From contig JBHGNT010000008.1 of NCBI GenBank assembly GCA_043228905.1, positions 8,370,001 to 8,434,000 on the forward strand: a stretch of DNA of 64,000 nt, read 5' to 3'. Below the pieces are notes generated by a model, which had not been told where the DNA came from, searched no databases, and was given only the letters and a program-made list of their open reading frames with translations. The translations under genes were made by a program, and so were the position numbers. The DNA comes from Azolla caroliniana (taxonomy: Eukaryota; Plantae; Polypodiophyta). Below, in pieces: positions 46,101-60,410 of the stretch (positions are counted from its first letter, which is position 1; each line of letters starts with the position of its first letter).

Positions 46101-47894
46101 CATGTACGCATAATGATGCGCCATGTACTCGTTGTATCCGAACGACACAACTGGGTTCTTCTGGCGGGTAGATCGGCGTAATCAGTCATTAGCCGATGTT
46201 GAGGTCTTCTCGACCGACATGGACTTCACTCTTGAAGACCCATCACCGCTGCCCTCGAAGTCGGACCCGCGTCGGTATGACTCGTTCCTATCCGTGCCGT
46301 AATCCGACACGTTCTTCTTCCCTTTTTCCTGGCGCGTAAGCCGTCTCCTTGGGTTCCTGCGCGGGGAATGCACGACCCAGTCTCCACTACTTGCCGGCTC
46401 TCCATGGGACTGGTCGAACCGACTCGGTCGTTCATTCGGTCCACTTAACCGAAACGAAATCAGACTCTCTTTGCAGGTCCCGATTTCAGGCTCATCCGGA
46501 GGCATCTCGGCCTCGCTGACCTCATCGTCAGAAATCGGATTGGAGGTGAGGTCCGGAGTCGGAGGCAAGTACCAGGACGCGGATTTGTCAAACACAACGT
46601 CGCGGCTCACGCGCGCTTGTTTGGTGCGCAGGTTATAACACTTATAACTCTCCTGCTCGTCCGAATAACCGACCAAGATACATTTCTCGGCCTTTGCATC
46701 CAGCTTCCTCCGTTTCTCTTTCGGCACATGCACATACGCAATGCTACCGAAAACTCGTAAGTGTCGCAAGTTCGGCTTCGTTCCGAAATATAGCTCATGC
46801 GCTGACACTTTGTCTCCGATCCGGTTCTAGATGTACACTGCGGTTCGTACCGCCTCGGCCCAATAGAACTTGGGCAAGCTTTTTTCTTCCAGCATTGCCT
46901 GCGCCGCTTCCACAACCGACCGATTTTTCCTCTCGGCCACGCCGTTTTGCTCCGGCGTGTATCTACAACTGAATTCACACCGAATTCCCATATGTTGTAG
47001 ATAACCATTGAATTGACCGAAAAAGTATTCTTTTCCGCCATCCGATCGCAGGCACTTGATCTTCCTTCCTATTTCCGTTTCCACGAACCCTTTGAGGTCC
47101 CGGAAACAGTCGAAGACTTCGCTCTTCCTCTCAATGAGGTAGATCCACGTGTGCCGCGTGTAGTTGTCGATGAAGGAGACGAAATATCGGCTCCCGCCAA
47201 GACTAACGTTTTGTGCCGGCCCCCACACATCGGAGTGTATCAAGTCGAGCTTGTTCCGGTTCCGGTTACGCTCATTGGGGAAGGGAAGTCGGTGTTGCTT
47301 CCCAAGCTGGCAGGCTTCACAAATTTGTGCCTTCCGGCCACTAAATTTGGGCAATCCGAACACCACCTGTTTCGATTGCAGGTCCTGAAGCCGTTGATAG
47401 TTGACGTGGCCTATCCGCTTGTGCCATAAGTCGATGTCCGACTCGACTTTTTGTCCCTTCGCGAACATTGTGATGCCACCGTCAATAGAGTCGAGGATGA
47501 ACATCCTCCCATCTTCGTGCCCTTGCGCAATAACACGACCTTCTTCCTCAATGAAGCACCCGAGGTGTGTAAACCAAACTTGCATCCCCTGGTCAACAAT
47601 CTGCCAGACTGACACCAAATTCTTCGTGATTGTCGGGATGTGTAACACGTTCATAAGTTTCCCTTTCTGCCCGACATGGCTCAAGGGAACTTCACCAACA
47701 TTCGCGATCGGATGCGGAGTGTTGTCTCCGGTTGCGACTACTCCTGGTTGCGTCGGTTTCTCAAGGTATGAGAACCACTCCTCGTGGCACGTTGTCGTAG
47801 TGTATTTCGTACACTACGTGAAAAAGTAAAAATAATATAACTGATTTAATTACATATAAATAAATAAAATAATATATCAAGATATTTATCACAT

Positions 47895-47965
47895 GCATAG
47901 GGCAGGATTCAAACCCTATACCTCCACGTAGCCAAACCTCAACTTTACCATTATGCTACCTTATC
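47895..47965 (-). promoter_or_regulatory. tRNA-like Pol III internal promoter in 5' LTR (second copy at ~50524-50594)
   Basis: A box TAGCATAATGG (47958-47948) and B box GGTTTGAATCC (47915-47905), 32 nt apart. T-runs downstream. Confidence 0.7.
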
Positions 47966-48590
47966 TTTAGTGTTCTATAAATAGATTTAATAAGTATAAT
48001 TGCTTTATTTACGCCTACCTTTATTAAAAGGTAAATCATGCATTTTTAGAGTGCGTGAATAGAAAAACGCAAGCAACTAAAAAGTGACTCATGCACATCT
48101 AGCGTGCATGAGCACTATATTTAGCAAATAAAAGTAGCAAATAAAAGCAAGGATTAGAAAAGCATCACATGCACATTTAGTGTGCATGAACATATTAGAA
48201 AAAAAGCATGTAGCTATGCTTAGTCTCTCCCATCACTACATAAGGATGGGGAGCACAATGTAATAGAGGTGTGAAATATTTGGAAATTGGATATATTTCC
48301 GAAAACACCAACCGATTAATATAATCGTGGGATTCACGAAAATAATATAATCTATACTTGTGGGATTCACAAGTTTCTTATATCTTTCTTTCAATCTAAA
48401 TACATATTCTTATCTAAATATTGATTAATCGAATAAAATACACTCGTGGGATTCACGAAATTTCTATCTCTCTTTCTAATAATCTATTTATTACTAGCCT
48501 CATCTCATATTCTTCTTTCTCCTAGTCCAAAACCTCGGCGGTTCCCACCCGACTCACGCAACGATCCGGAGCCGAAAGGCACGACACAGT

Positions 48591-48608
48591 TGGTGAACCC
48601 GACGTGAA
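48591..48608 (+). promoter_or_regulatory. Primer binding site, tRNA-Trp
   Basis: TGGTGAACCCGACGTGAA is complementary to the plant cytosolic tRNA-Trp 3' end (..TTCACGTCGGGTTCACCA, recalled sequence). Confidence 0.85.
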
Positions 48609-48624
48609 GGCGGGTGGTAAGGAG

Positions 48625-50469
48625 ATGGAGAATCAACAAGAAGCGATGAATATGATGATGATGATGGTTGAGCGGATGCAACAAGAACAACGCGCGATGA
48701 CGGAGATGAAGGCGGTAGTAGAGCGGCTTGTGCGACGAAATGGGGAATTCAACGGAAATGATGTGTCACACTATCTACGTGACTACAAAGGGGAGATGAT
48801 GCGATGTGGGATACCGGAAGGATTACAAGTGATATCCTTCAGTCGGGTAGCCACGGATGAGTTACAAGAAAGAATCTACAAGATACGGCAACAAAATCCA
48901 ACATGGGGGTCCTTCGAAGAAGCTTTACGAGAGGCATATGATTACAAGAGATCGAAGGGAAAAGATCGGCGAGAATTCGACGAATGGGTGGCATCGGAGA
49001 AGACCCACCGAAGTGCAACACAAGCATTCCTAGAGTTCGAGCATCGTCTTGCTCAACTCTCGGAGCGGGAACAACGATTGGTGGGAGAAGATAAAGTCCT
49101 AATGTTCGTAAAATCGATCGATCGAAAAGAAAGGATGGACATCGGGATCGAACTTGAAGACGATGAAGGTACGAATGGTCTTACCGAAGATTGGGCCGAA
49201 GTCCAAAGGGTATGCCGGAGACATGATGAGAGGAAGATGAGAATCTTGTCAACGACATGGCCAATGAAGGATGGTCGATTGAAGACAAACGATGGAGCCG
49301 ATATGAAGGCCGAAATACAACATGATGGTCCGACGGAAGAGGGTGTAAAACAAGCTACCCTCTTGTCTTGCGAAAGAACAACGACGAAGGATAAGGCCGA
49401 TAACCCAAGTGTAGAAGAAGATTTCGGATTACAAGTGTCCGAAACATCGGGTGAAAAAGGGGTAAGCATAATTGATGCAGTGAAAGAGAGCAAGGAGGAC
49501 TTGATTGAGGAGGTCACCATGAAAGATGACATCGAATCGAAGGTGGCTATGGACGAATCAATGGCGGATGGCCATATCGAGATTTCTCCACCGCTGATTC
49601 CAGAGACTCCGGCGGTTGCGTTCGAAAGGCAACGTGAGACCGAAGAGACGGAAGGTGGTGGAGAGAAAACAAAGGTCGAAGCCGATTCATACGACGGAGA
49701 GATAGCCGAGAAGGAGGCTATGGTTGAAATGACAGAGGATGATAATACCGAGGATTCCTACCCACTAATTCTAGAGACTTCGGCAGTTGTGTCCGAGAAC
49801 CAACGTGAGACCGGAGAGACGGGAGGTGGCAGCAAGAAAGGTAAAGTCGGAAGCCGGTTTGGATGGAAGGTGATCCGGACGGGATTCCGATCCGAAAGAA
49901 AGCCGAACCGGGTAAAAGAGGATTCGACCGAAAGTCGACCCGAAAGAAAGCCGAACCGAAAGGAAGAGAATTCGGCCGAAAGACGACACAAACGAAAGCC
50001 GAACTGGGCGAATGAGGATTCGGCCGAAAGACGACCCAAAAGAAAGCCGACCCGAAAAGGGGTCGACTCGGTCAAAACCGATCGACCGAGTCTAACTTGG
50101 CCGAACGCGAATATGGATGGAAGCCGACCTAGCCGAAAGTTGATCGGACAAGAGCGATCCGGAAAAAAGTCAAGGTTGATGAAGACAAGAAAGAGGCCAG
50201 TAAAAGACACTACCACGAATGACAAGGGCCAAGAATATGACGAGAGAGAACAAAGAATATGGTGGATCGGATGGCGACAATGGTTCGGGTGGAAAGAATG
50301 GGTCTACTCAAAATGGAGAGACAAAGTTGACATAGCGGGACAAACGGAGGATGAAGGGGAGACAACGAGCATCGGCAACTTCGGCACATACCGGAGGATG
50401 TGCGGGTTCGGAGGGGGCGAGTGTCGTAGTGTATTTCGTACACTACGTGAAAAAGTAAAAATAATATAA
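48625..50469 (+). CDS. Gag-like protein with long repetitive charged tail (~614 aa)
   Basis: Uninterrupted ORF from ATG just after the PBS into the 3' LTR. Capsid-like N-terminus FNGNDVSHYLRDY...WGSFEEALREAY, then acidic repeats, basic 16-aa repeats and a Trp-rich end. Confidence 0.75.
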   Translation: MENQQEAMNMMMMMVERMQQEQRAMTEMKAVVERLVRRNGEFNGNDVSHYLRDYKGEMMRCGIPEGLQVISFSRVATDELQERIYKIRQQNPTWGSFEEALREAYDYKRSKGKDRREFDEWVASEKTHRSATQAFLEFEHRLAQLSEREQRLVGEDKVLMFVKSIDRKERMDIGIELEDDEGTNGLTEDWAEVQRVCRRHDERKMRILSTTWPMKDGRLKTNDGADMKAEIQHDGPTEEGVKQATLLSCERTTTKDKADNPSVEEDFGLQVSETSGEKGVSIIDAVKESKEDLIEEVTMKDDIESKVAMDESMADGHIEISPPLIPETPAVAFERQRETEETEGGGEKTKVEADSYDGEIAEKEAMVEMTEDDNTEDSYPLILETSAVVSENQRETGETGGGSKKGKVGSRFGWKVIRTGFRSERKPNRVKEDSTESRPERKPNRKEENSAERRHKRKPNWANEDSAERRPKRKPTRKGVDSVKTDRPSLTWPNANMDGSRPSRKLIGQERSGKKSRLMKTRKRPVKDTTTNDKGQEYDEREQRIWWIGWRQWFGWKEWVYSKWRDKVDIAGQTEDEGETTSIGNFGTYRRMCGFGGGECRSVFRTLREKVKII

Positions 50470-53265
50470 CTGATTTAATTACATATAAATAAATAAAATA
50501 ATATATCAAGATATTTATCACATGCATAGGGCAGGATTCAAACCCTGTACCTCCACGTAGCCAAACCTCAACTTTACCATTATGCTACCTTATCTTTAGT
50601 GTTTTATAAATAGATTTAATAAGTATAATTGCTTTATTTACGCCTACCTTTATTAAAAGGTAAATCATGCATTTTTAGAGTGCGTGAATAGAAAAACGCA
50701 AGCAACTAAAAAGTGACTCATGCACATCTAGCGTGCATGAGCACTATATTTAGCAAATAAAAGTAGCAAATAAAAGCAAGGATTAGAAAAGCATCACATG
50801 CACATTTAGTGTGCATGAACATATTAGAAAAAAAGCATGTAGCTATGCTTAGTCTCTCCCATCACTACATAAGGATGGGGAGCACAATGTAATAGAGGTG
50901 TGAAATATTTGGAAATTGGATATATTTCCGAAAACACCAACCGATTAATATAATCGTGGGATTCACGAAAATAATATAATCTATACTTGTGGGATTCACA
51001 AGTTTCTTATATCTTTCTTTCAATCTAAATACATATTCTTATCTAAATATTGATTAATCGAATAAAATACACTCGTGGGATTCACGAAATTTCTATCTCT
51101 CTTTCTAATAATCTATTTATTACTAGCCTCATCTCATATTCTTCTTTCTCCTAGTCCAAAACCTCGGCGGTTCCCACCCGACTCACGCAACGATCTGGAG
51201 CCGAAAGGCACGACAACGTCATGTGGTGTGACGCGCCGGAGTCGACGTATCACACCTCCTCCGACTTCGGGGTGATCTTCTTCATTGAGTTTGCTTCGTG
51301 TCTCATCACGAAGACTGACCCTTTTCCGGCTTCTCCGGATCCTTCGGCATACTGTGATCGTTGCCGATTTCCTTTGTTGGTCTGTCCGGAACCTGTTCCA
51401 GACCCGGTTCTCTCCGAATCGGCGCGCTTTTTCCAGCACTCGCTCTCCCTGGCCTTTCTTGCCACAATACCAGCATTTCGCGGGGGATTTCCCTTGCTGG
51501 TTCTCGTCGCCTCGACTCCCCCTGTTTCCGGAGGGTCCGAAATTGTTGTCGGCATCACTTCGGTGCCTTCTTCCTTGATCCCGTCGGTCGCCTCCATTGC
51601 ATACCGACTCGCCTCATCCGCCACGACCACGGGGCCTCTCTCCCTCCATGTACAACATCTTGTTGTCGGCATGCGTGCTTGTCAACGTACCCACGTGGTT
51701 CTCCTCTACAAGGAGCATCGACTGTAAGTCGAAAAAGGACGGCGTATTCTCCCGTGTACACACAACAATTCGGAACACTCCGAACTTTGACGCCAAACCC
51801 TCGAGACAGACCTGGACCATCTCGTTTTCCTCGATGTTCACATCGATGGAAGCTAAGGAGTCGCATATGTCCTTGATCTTCGAGGTATAGTCAGCCACCG
51901 ACAAATCGCGTTGTCGTAGGTTGCTCAACTCTTGTCGGAGCTGAAGCTTCCTGGCTGTGGTGCTCACGGTGAATATCTTCTTCAGATTTTCCCACGCACC
52001 CTTCGGCATTTTTGCATCCTGAACGTAGCTTAATAGTTGGTCGCCCACACAAGACGCAAAACAGTACAACACTCTGCTCGCCGATTGTTCCCACGCCGGG
52101 AAGTCTTTGTGTGTCGAATCGAGTGATGTGTCATTTGCTCCATCGACATAGCTCCAGTAACCGTGTCCGAGCAGGTACTGGTGCATCTTGTAGGACCAAG
52201 ATGCGTAGTTGGTTCTGTTGAGCTTCTCCGTCGGAAGCGAGCTAGCCATTCCTCTGTCCATCGGTTTTCTTGTTCTTCTTCGTTGGTTTTTCCTACAAGC
52301 AAAGTCTACTGTAGAGGTTCTCAACCCTCGCGCTCTGATACCATGAAAAGAATGGCGTGCGGAAGCAATATAGGAAACCAAACAACAGAAAACGCAGGTT
52401 TAATGGAAAGTTTAGGTTTGCATAGTACGCACGGGAGAGACAGAGAGAGAGTAAACACAAGAACTTAATTCAAAAATAATACTCGATCTATACATCGTGT
52501 GTGTTCAATGAACACTTTTATACAAGTCCTTTTCGGACTGACAGAAGTACTATGACAATACTTCAATGCTCATTGAGGAGCCCCTACACTAACTCCCAAA
52601 TATATTCCTTGTGGAATATCTTTCCAATGGCCTCCCGGTTTCCGCACCAATCCGGCCTTCCTACGCACCGGTCTGCGTACCAGTTTCCAACCGATCGGTC
52701 CCAACCGATCCGGTCCTCGGCTTGCTCAGCCGATCCGGCCGATGTTGAGCTTGTCTCTCAACAAAGATGATTTTTGTTGTAAAGACTAAGTTTAAGTATG
52801 GGAAAGTTTGTCGATTTTGGAAGTTTTAATGTTTTAGTTTGTGGTTGTTTGATTTGTTATTTGAAGTTTTAAGTTTGAAGCATACACTTATTAGAAGATT
52901 TTGGGTGGAAATGGTACATTTGGTTGGGCAAGCTACAACGGTTGGGTGACCTGCAACAATCAAAGTTGGGCAACCTTTGACAGCTTTTTCTTTCGCGCGT
53001 TCTTTCTTATCCAAATCAGACGATGCAGATCGCGTAAATCGGACAGTGCAGATCGCACGCGCCATCAGCTGAGCGACCTGCACCGTCTGTGGCCGCGATT
53101 CCCTCACCAACCCTATTATGGTTTGGTAATGGATATACATGAGCGACACACACATACATAACATACATAACATAACATACATAACATACATACATCCAAA
53201 CTAGTCAAGTCAACAGTCGTATGTAACTGTCATTTTTTTGGTTTGTATTTTTGAATCTCTTCATC

Positions 53266-53296
<31 letters not shown>

Positions 53297-53781
53297 AGAT
53301 CTCTGCACCTCAAGCTTTTCCTGTTTTTCGCCATAGCCTGCTACCATATGCTGTGAAGCTCCTCACATTGGTATGTAGGGACCAGAGAATAAAGAAACGG
53401 AGGGAAAATTGAGAATCGAGAGAAATCTTTTGCCCTACCTTCTCCCTCTCCCTCTCTCCGTCTTCGCCTGTTATTCCATCTTAGATACATCCTACAGATC
53501 TGAAGCTCAAATTCCCTGCTTTTCATAACCCTGTTATTGTCTATAGCTCCAAGCCCAAATTTTCTCTGAAGCTCACAGTTCCTGGTTTCCTCGGACGCTC
53601 ACAGAAAGAAAATTGAAAAAACTGTTCGATAAAGAAAAGAGAGAAATTGATTTTTTGCCGTTGCTTCCCCGTCTTCCGTAGTTGTAGGTCATGCAGATCT
53701 GAAGAACATAACTCTCTAAAACAACAAAAGTCAGGAAAAAAGCTAAAGTTTTATTTATCTCACTGACAGAGATATTTAGTG

Positions 53782-55675
53782 ATGGTATACATGGCTTCTC
53801 CTTCAAACAGTGAGTCTACATCTTCTCGCAGCTCCACTCCTTCTCCAAAACAGGTATTTATTTCTTCTTCTTCAAAAGGTTTTATGTAGAAAGTCCAAGA
53901 TCTAGGTTTTCTAACTTAATAATGTTTACGATTTAATGATTCGACTTTTGGTGTATAACGTTCATGCCTTACAGCTTATTGTTTCTAATGGATTTTAAGT
54001 TTGAGAGTTAGGGGTTGCAGAATAGAGTTTGAATTTTATTTTCTGTGTTTTAGTAGCAGATTTGTATATTTGGGTTTAGGTTTTAGGTTAGATTTTAGGG
54101 TTTAGGATGTAGGTTGATGGTTGACGGTTGTGTATTTAAGGTCTCGGGCGTAAAGTTGTAGGTTCATGTGTTATGCTAATGTAATAGAGTCAGATTTGTA
54201 TATTTATGTTAGCGAGATTTGCTGCCTCCATGTTTTTGGGCCGTTATACATACGTAGACTTGATAAGAAACCATTTGTATTTTCTGGCCAGCAGGGTCTT
54301 CCAGCAGAAAGGAGTTGGATGGAAGCAGACTCATTTGCATTGCACAAGGGCTTGGAAGCCATAGCTTCATCCTTATCACTCTTGAGTGATACACTCGGGA
54401 CTGCAATTGAGGTACCCCTACCTTAAGTCATGGGTTTTTTCTTGTATTTGTATTCATAATATGATACATATGCTTGTTTCTCTTTCAAGCATTTGATGCA
54501 TATGAATTGTTTCTCTATCAAGCATCTAGATTCTAGTGTATGTAAGATTATCGGTGCCTTTTTCAATGATCTTTTATGTTGTTAGAGATGTTCTTAACCC
54601 TGGTTGTAAATGTGGTAGGAGGGTTTGTCTCTTGTTGAGAAAAAGGCCAACAATTTGATTTACACCGGGACACCACCGACAAGGAGATGTTCGATTACCA
54701 CCACTCCTCTTCGAAGTTTGAGCCCCAACAAGTCTATACCACCATCTCCAAAACTTAAAGTGACCACCACTGACAGGAAGAATGGCTTACCAGAGGATAA
54801 CCAACTCAAGGCTTCTCGTGATGTAAATTTACCTATCCATGATCATCTTTTTTGGATTTGAGCAAAACATTTGTCATTCTTCAATGGTGATGTTTGTGCC
54901 TAAAATGTTGACAATGTTTCTAGGTGGCCATGGCCATGGCGACCAAGGCGAAGCTACTTTTGCGTGAACTAAAAGGTGTCCGGTCAGATCTCACATTCAG
55001 TAGGAACCGATGTGCACAAGTTGAGGAGGAAAATCGACGATTAAGGGAGAGTATTGAGAAAGATATCAGACATGAGGAGGATGACCTGGTAAAGTTCTCA
55101 GCTCTCAATGCAGAAAACATGGTTTCTTATCTTTCCATCCCCCTTTCATTGCGGCACACAATCTTAGAGTAAATGTAGAAACATCTGCTTTTCAAGCATA
55201 ATATAAAACTGTAACCCTAAAACTTTCGTACCTAGACTCTACCCATAACATTAAACTGCAAACCCATATGCTTAAGTCCTGAACCTTACAAAAAATGAAT
55301 CAGAAAAGTATTTTACAAGCAGAGCAATGAGAAATTTATACCTAACTCTATGGAATTCTATCCCGACAGGTGAGACTCCAACTCGAGACTTTACTTGCTG
55401 AAAAGGCAAGACTTACTCAAGAGAATGCTGAATTTGCTCGCGAAAACCAGATCCTACATGAAGTAGTGCAGTATCATCAGCTGAAATTCCGGGATATGGC
55501 CATATCAGATGAACATATGATTGTGGAAGATGAGGATATGATAATCGATGAAGATGGAAGTGGGGGTCTCGAGGGTGCATATGGTGTAGATGTGGATTTT
55601 CTTCCATTGTATCCTCAAGAGAAGGATATCATTGCATTGGAAGAATCTGTGGTGAGAAGGTCAAAACCATTTTAA
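53782..55675 (+). CDS. Plant-specific coiled-coil protein of unknown function, 5 exons
   Basis: Exons ~53782-53853, 54292-54411, 54619-54822, 54924-55088, 55370-55675. Conserved block QLKASRD|[17 protein letters not shown]...DDL|[17 protein letters not shown]...[15 protein letters not shown] (At4g02800/At5g01970-like family, from memory). Confidence 0.85.
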
Positions 55676-57687
55676 ATAAGATCCCCGAGTTATTGCTTGC
55701 TTGATTAAGTTTCTGAACCTTATTGCACGGTTTCAAGAGTGATACTACTCTGTTTCATGTGGGCCTACTTGTTATGAAAGAGAGGCCCACATACCACAAG
55801 AAGCTTTTATATGCAAACTGAATCTTGTTGCTTGTTTGCAATACATATATATGAAATGAAATCATTTGGATGTATACAAGTTTTTTCAGGTATTGGGCAC
55901 TGGTCTTACATCCAATAGTCTACTCTTTCTTCACCCACTACTTCAATATTTGTTTGTTTGCACTTGTCAAGTTTCCTTTGGTAGCCTGTCCATTACTGCA
56001 TTTTTGTGCAAATTAAGTCACTGGATGTAATTTGTATGAGACTTTTATGCTAGATACGTGTTTGTCTTTTGCTAAACCTTGAGGAAATATATCTTTTGTA
56101 GCTTTTCAGATTGAGATAAAGTGCAAGACTCTTTTGTTGATAAGTGTATTCAACCTAGTCATTCATTTTTTTCATTTAAAATAAAGTTAACTTTCTCCAT
56201 TTAGATTTTTTTTACAGTGGAGCACATCCTTGCTAGACATATTTCGTTTAACCAAGTAAATTGTGTGAAATGAATTAACCAACTGAATTATGTGAAACAA
56301 ATCATTCAATCTCTATTAGAGTATACATTACGACTTGCATCAAGAGCTAGAATTGTTGTGGCTGCGTCTTCTTTCTTGCATTCATACCTTTCTTCTATTA
56401 TTTATCCAATCAGAAGGCACTAAAAGGCTATTCTCTTGTTACCTAATATCTAAATCAAAGCCGTTTGTCTTTCGTTAAATCGTTGCATCTTATTAGGAAA
56501 TAAGTCTTGCACTGCGCGTTAATGGTCACTATGTAATCAGCATTCACTGCCCTGAACACAAGAAAAATAAGGTTTCTTGTGAATTTTGTTTTATTGAGTC
56601 AAATGGGAGCATATTAGCAAAACATTTTTATGCATATGAACCTCCATGAGTATAGGTATCAGAACCCTAGCAAGGTCTCAAGTGCTAGATATATGCATTC
56701 AGTAGTAAGTACTAACAGTTCATGTGAATTTGGCGTCCTTCAAAGCCATTAATTGTATAAGGGGGACCATGCAATTGTTGCTTTTGCTTACAAAATTCAT
56801 CATGAAGTCTTTAACAAAATGTCACCTTTCATGATCATAAATCATTAATAATAATTTTTTTATTAAAACGTCACCTTTATTGACAACAAACATTCTAAAC
56901 GTTACAGACCATCGTATGATAAGTTAATAATGTGCATGTTTATGTGTAACATAGTATATGATACAAACAATTTTTTTATTTTTCTGTTGTTAGCATACAT
57001 TGTGTTGCACAATCATTATTTTATGTAAGACTTAAGACATTGTCCATGTCTATTGAGTTAAATGAAGCATATGACTATTTTCTACGAGATATGAATATTC
57101 ACGATGAATTTTTTAAAAACCCATAGATAATTTCATGAATACATACGTATTATATTTATGACTTCTAAATCGTAGATACGTGACCCCTTCCGGTACCAAT
57201 GCTACTACTACCTTCTAAGACTCTAAATATACATCCACCAAGAAAGCTTAACCTACGACATATACTATGCATGAGGAAGTGGAAAAATGGAGAAATGCAG
57301 CAGCATCCTTGTTGAGCTCAGATAAGTGTATTGGACATTTGGTGCTGCCAATTTCATGTATTTTGTGGTATTTAACTAAGGAATAGTACTGCACAATAAT
57401 ATACATATTAACATAGCAACTTGCAAAACGACAATATAAAAATATAACATGAACAAATTGATAAAAAAACTTATGCACTATTATATTGACATAGGCCAAA
57501 TCTAGAAATACTGTGGCAAATAAATAACAACAAAACATTTGCCACTGGTAAAAAAGGGAACCCTCGTGTACAAACTCAAGTCCATGGCTTCAAACATGAT
57601 GACTGCTTTGGTCAGAAGAGCAACAACGACAAAACAAAGATAATGCCAACCATAAATCCATCCATCCCTTCATGAGCAGAGAAGGAC

Positions 57688-60384
<2,697 letters not shown>

Positions 60385-60410
60385 TCTTTCAGTCTGCTGA
60401 AACCAATTAC

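Larger units (their letters stand above)
47793..51215 (+). mobile_element. Young non-autonomous gag-only LTR retrotransposon (TR-GAG-like)
   Basis: 794-bp LTRs 47793-48586 and 50422-51215 (3 differences seen). Termini TGTCGT...ACGACA. TSD ACGT. PBS 48591-48608. PPT ggagggggcgag 50410-50421. No pol motifs. Confidence 0.93.
43590..52763 (-). mobile_element. Full-length degenerate Ty1/copia C (copia A lineage), interrupted by a gag-only element
   Basis: LTRs 43590-44023 and 52344-52763. TSD AAGAT. PBS TGGTATCAGAGC 52332-52343. Gag MASSLPTEKLNRTNYASW, INT HSDVWG, RT YVDD, RH fragments. Confidence 0.95.
29513..53145. mobile_element. Putative DNA transposon (imperfect inverted termini) hosting the second LTR nest
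   Basis: 29529-29594 aligns with the reverse complement of 53066-53130 (taccaaa.cata..atagggttgg.gagggaatcg.ggccacagac..tg.aggtcgctca.ctgat). Both ends abut (AC)n. Residual internal pieces at 43168-43589 and 52764-53065. Confidence 0.55.

Noticed and set aside
48320-48460. CRISPR-like array of palindromic repeats
   Set aside because: Eukaryotic LTR context, only three short repeats with irregular spacing, and no cas genes.
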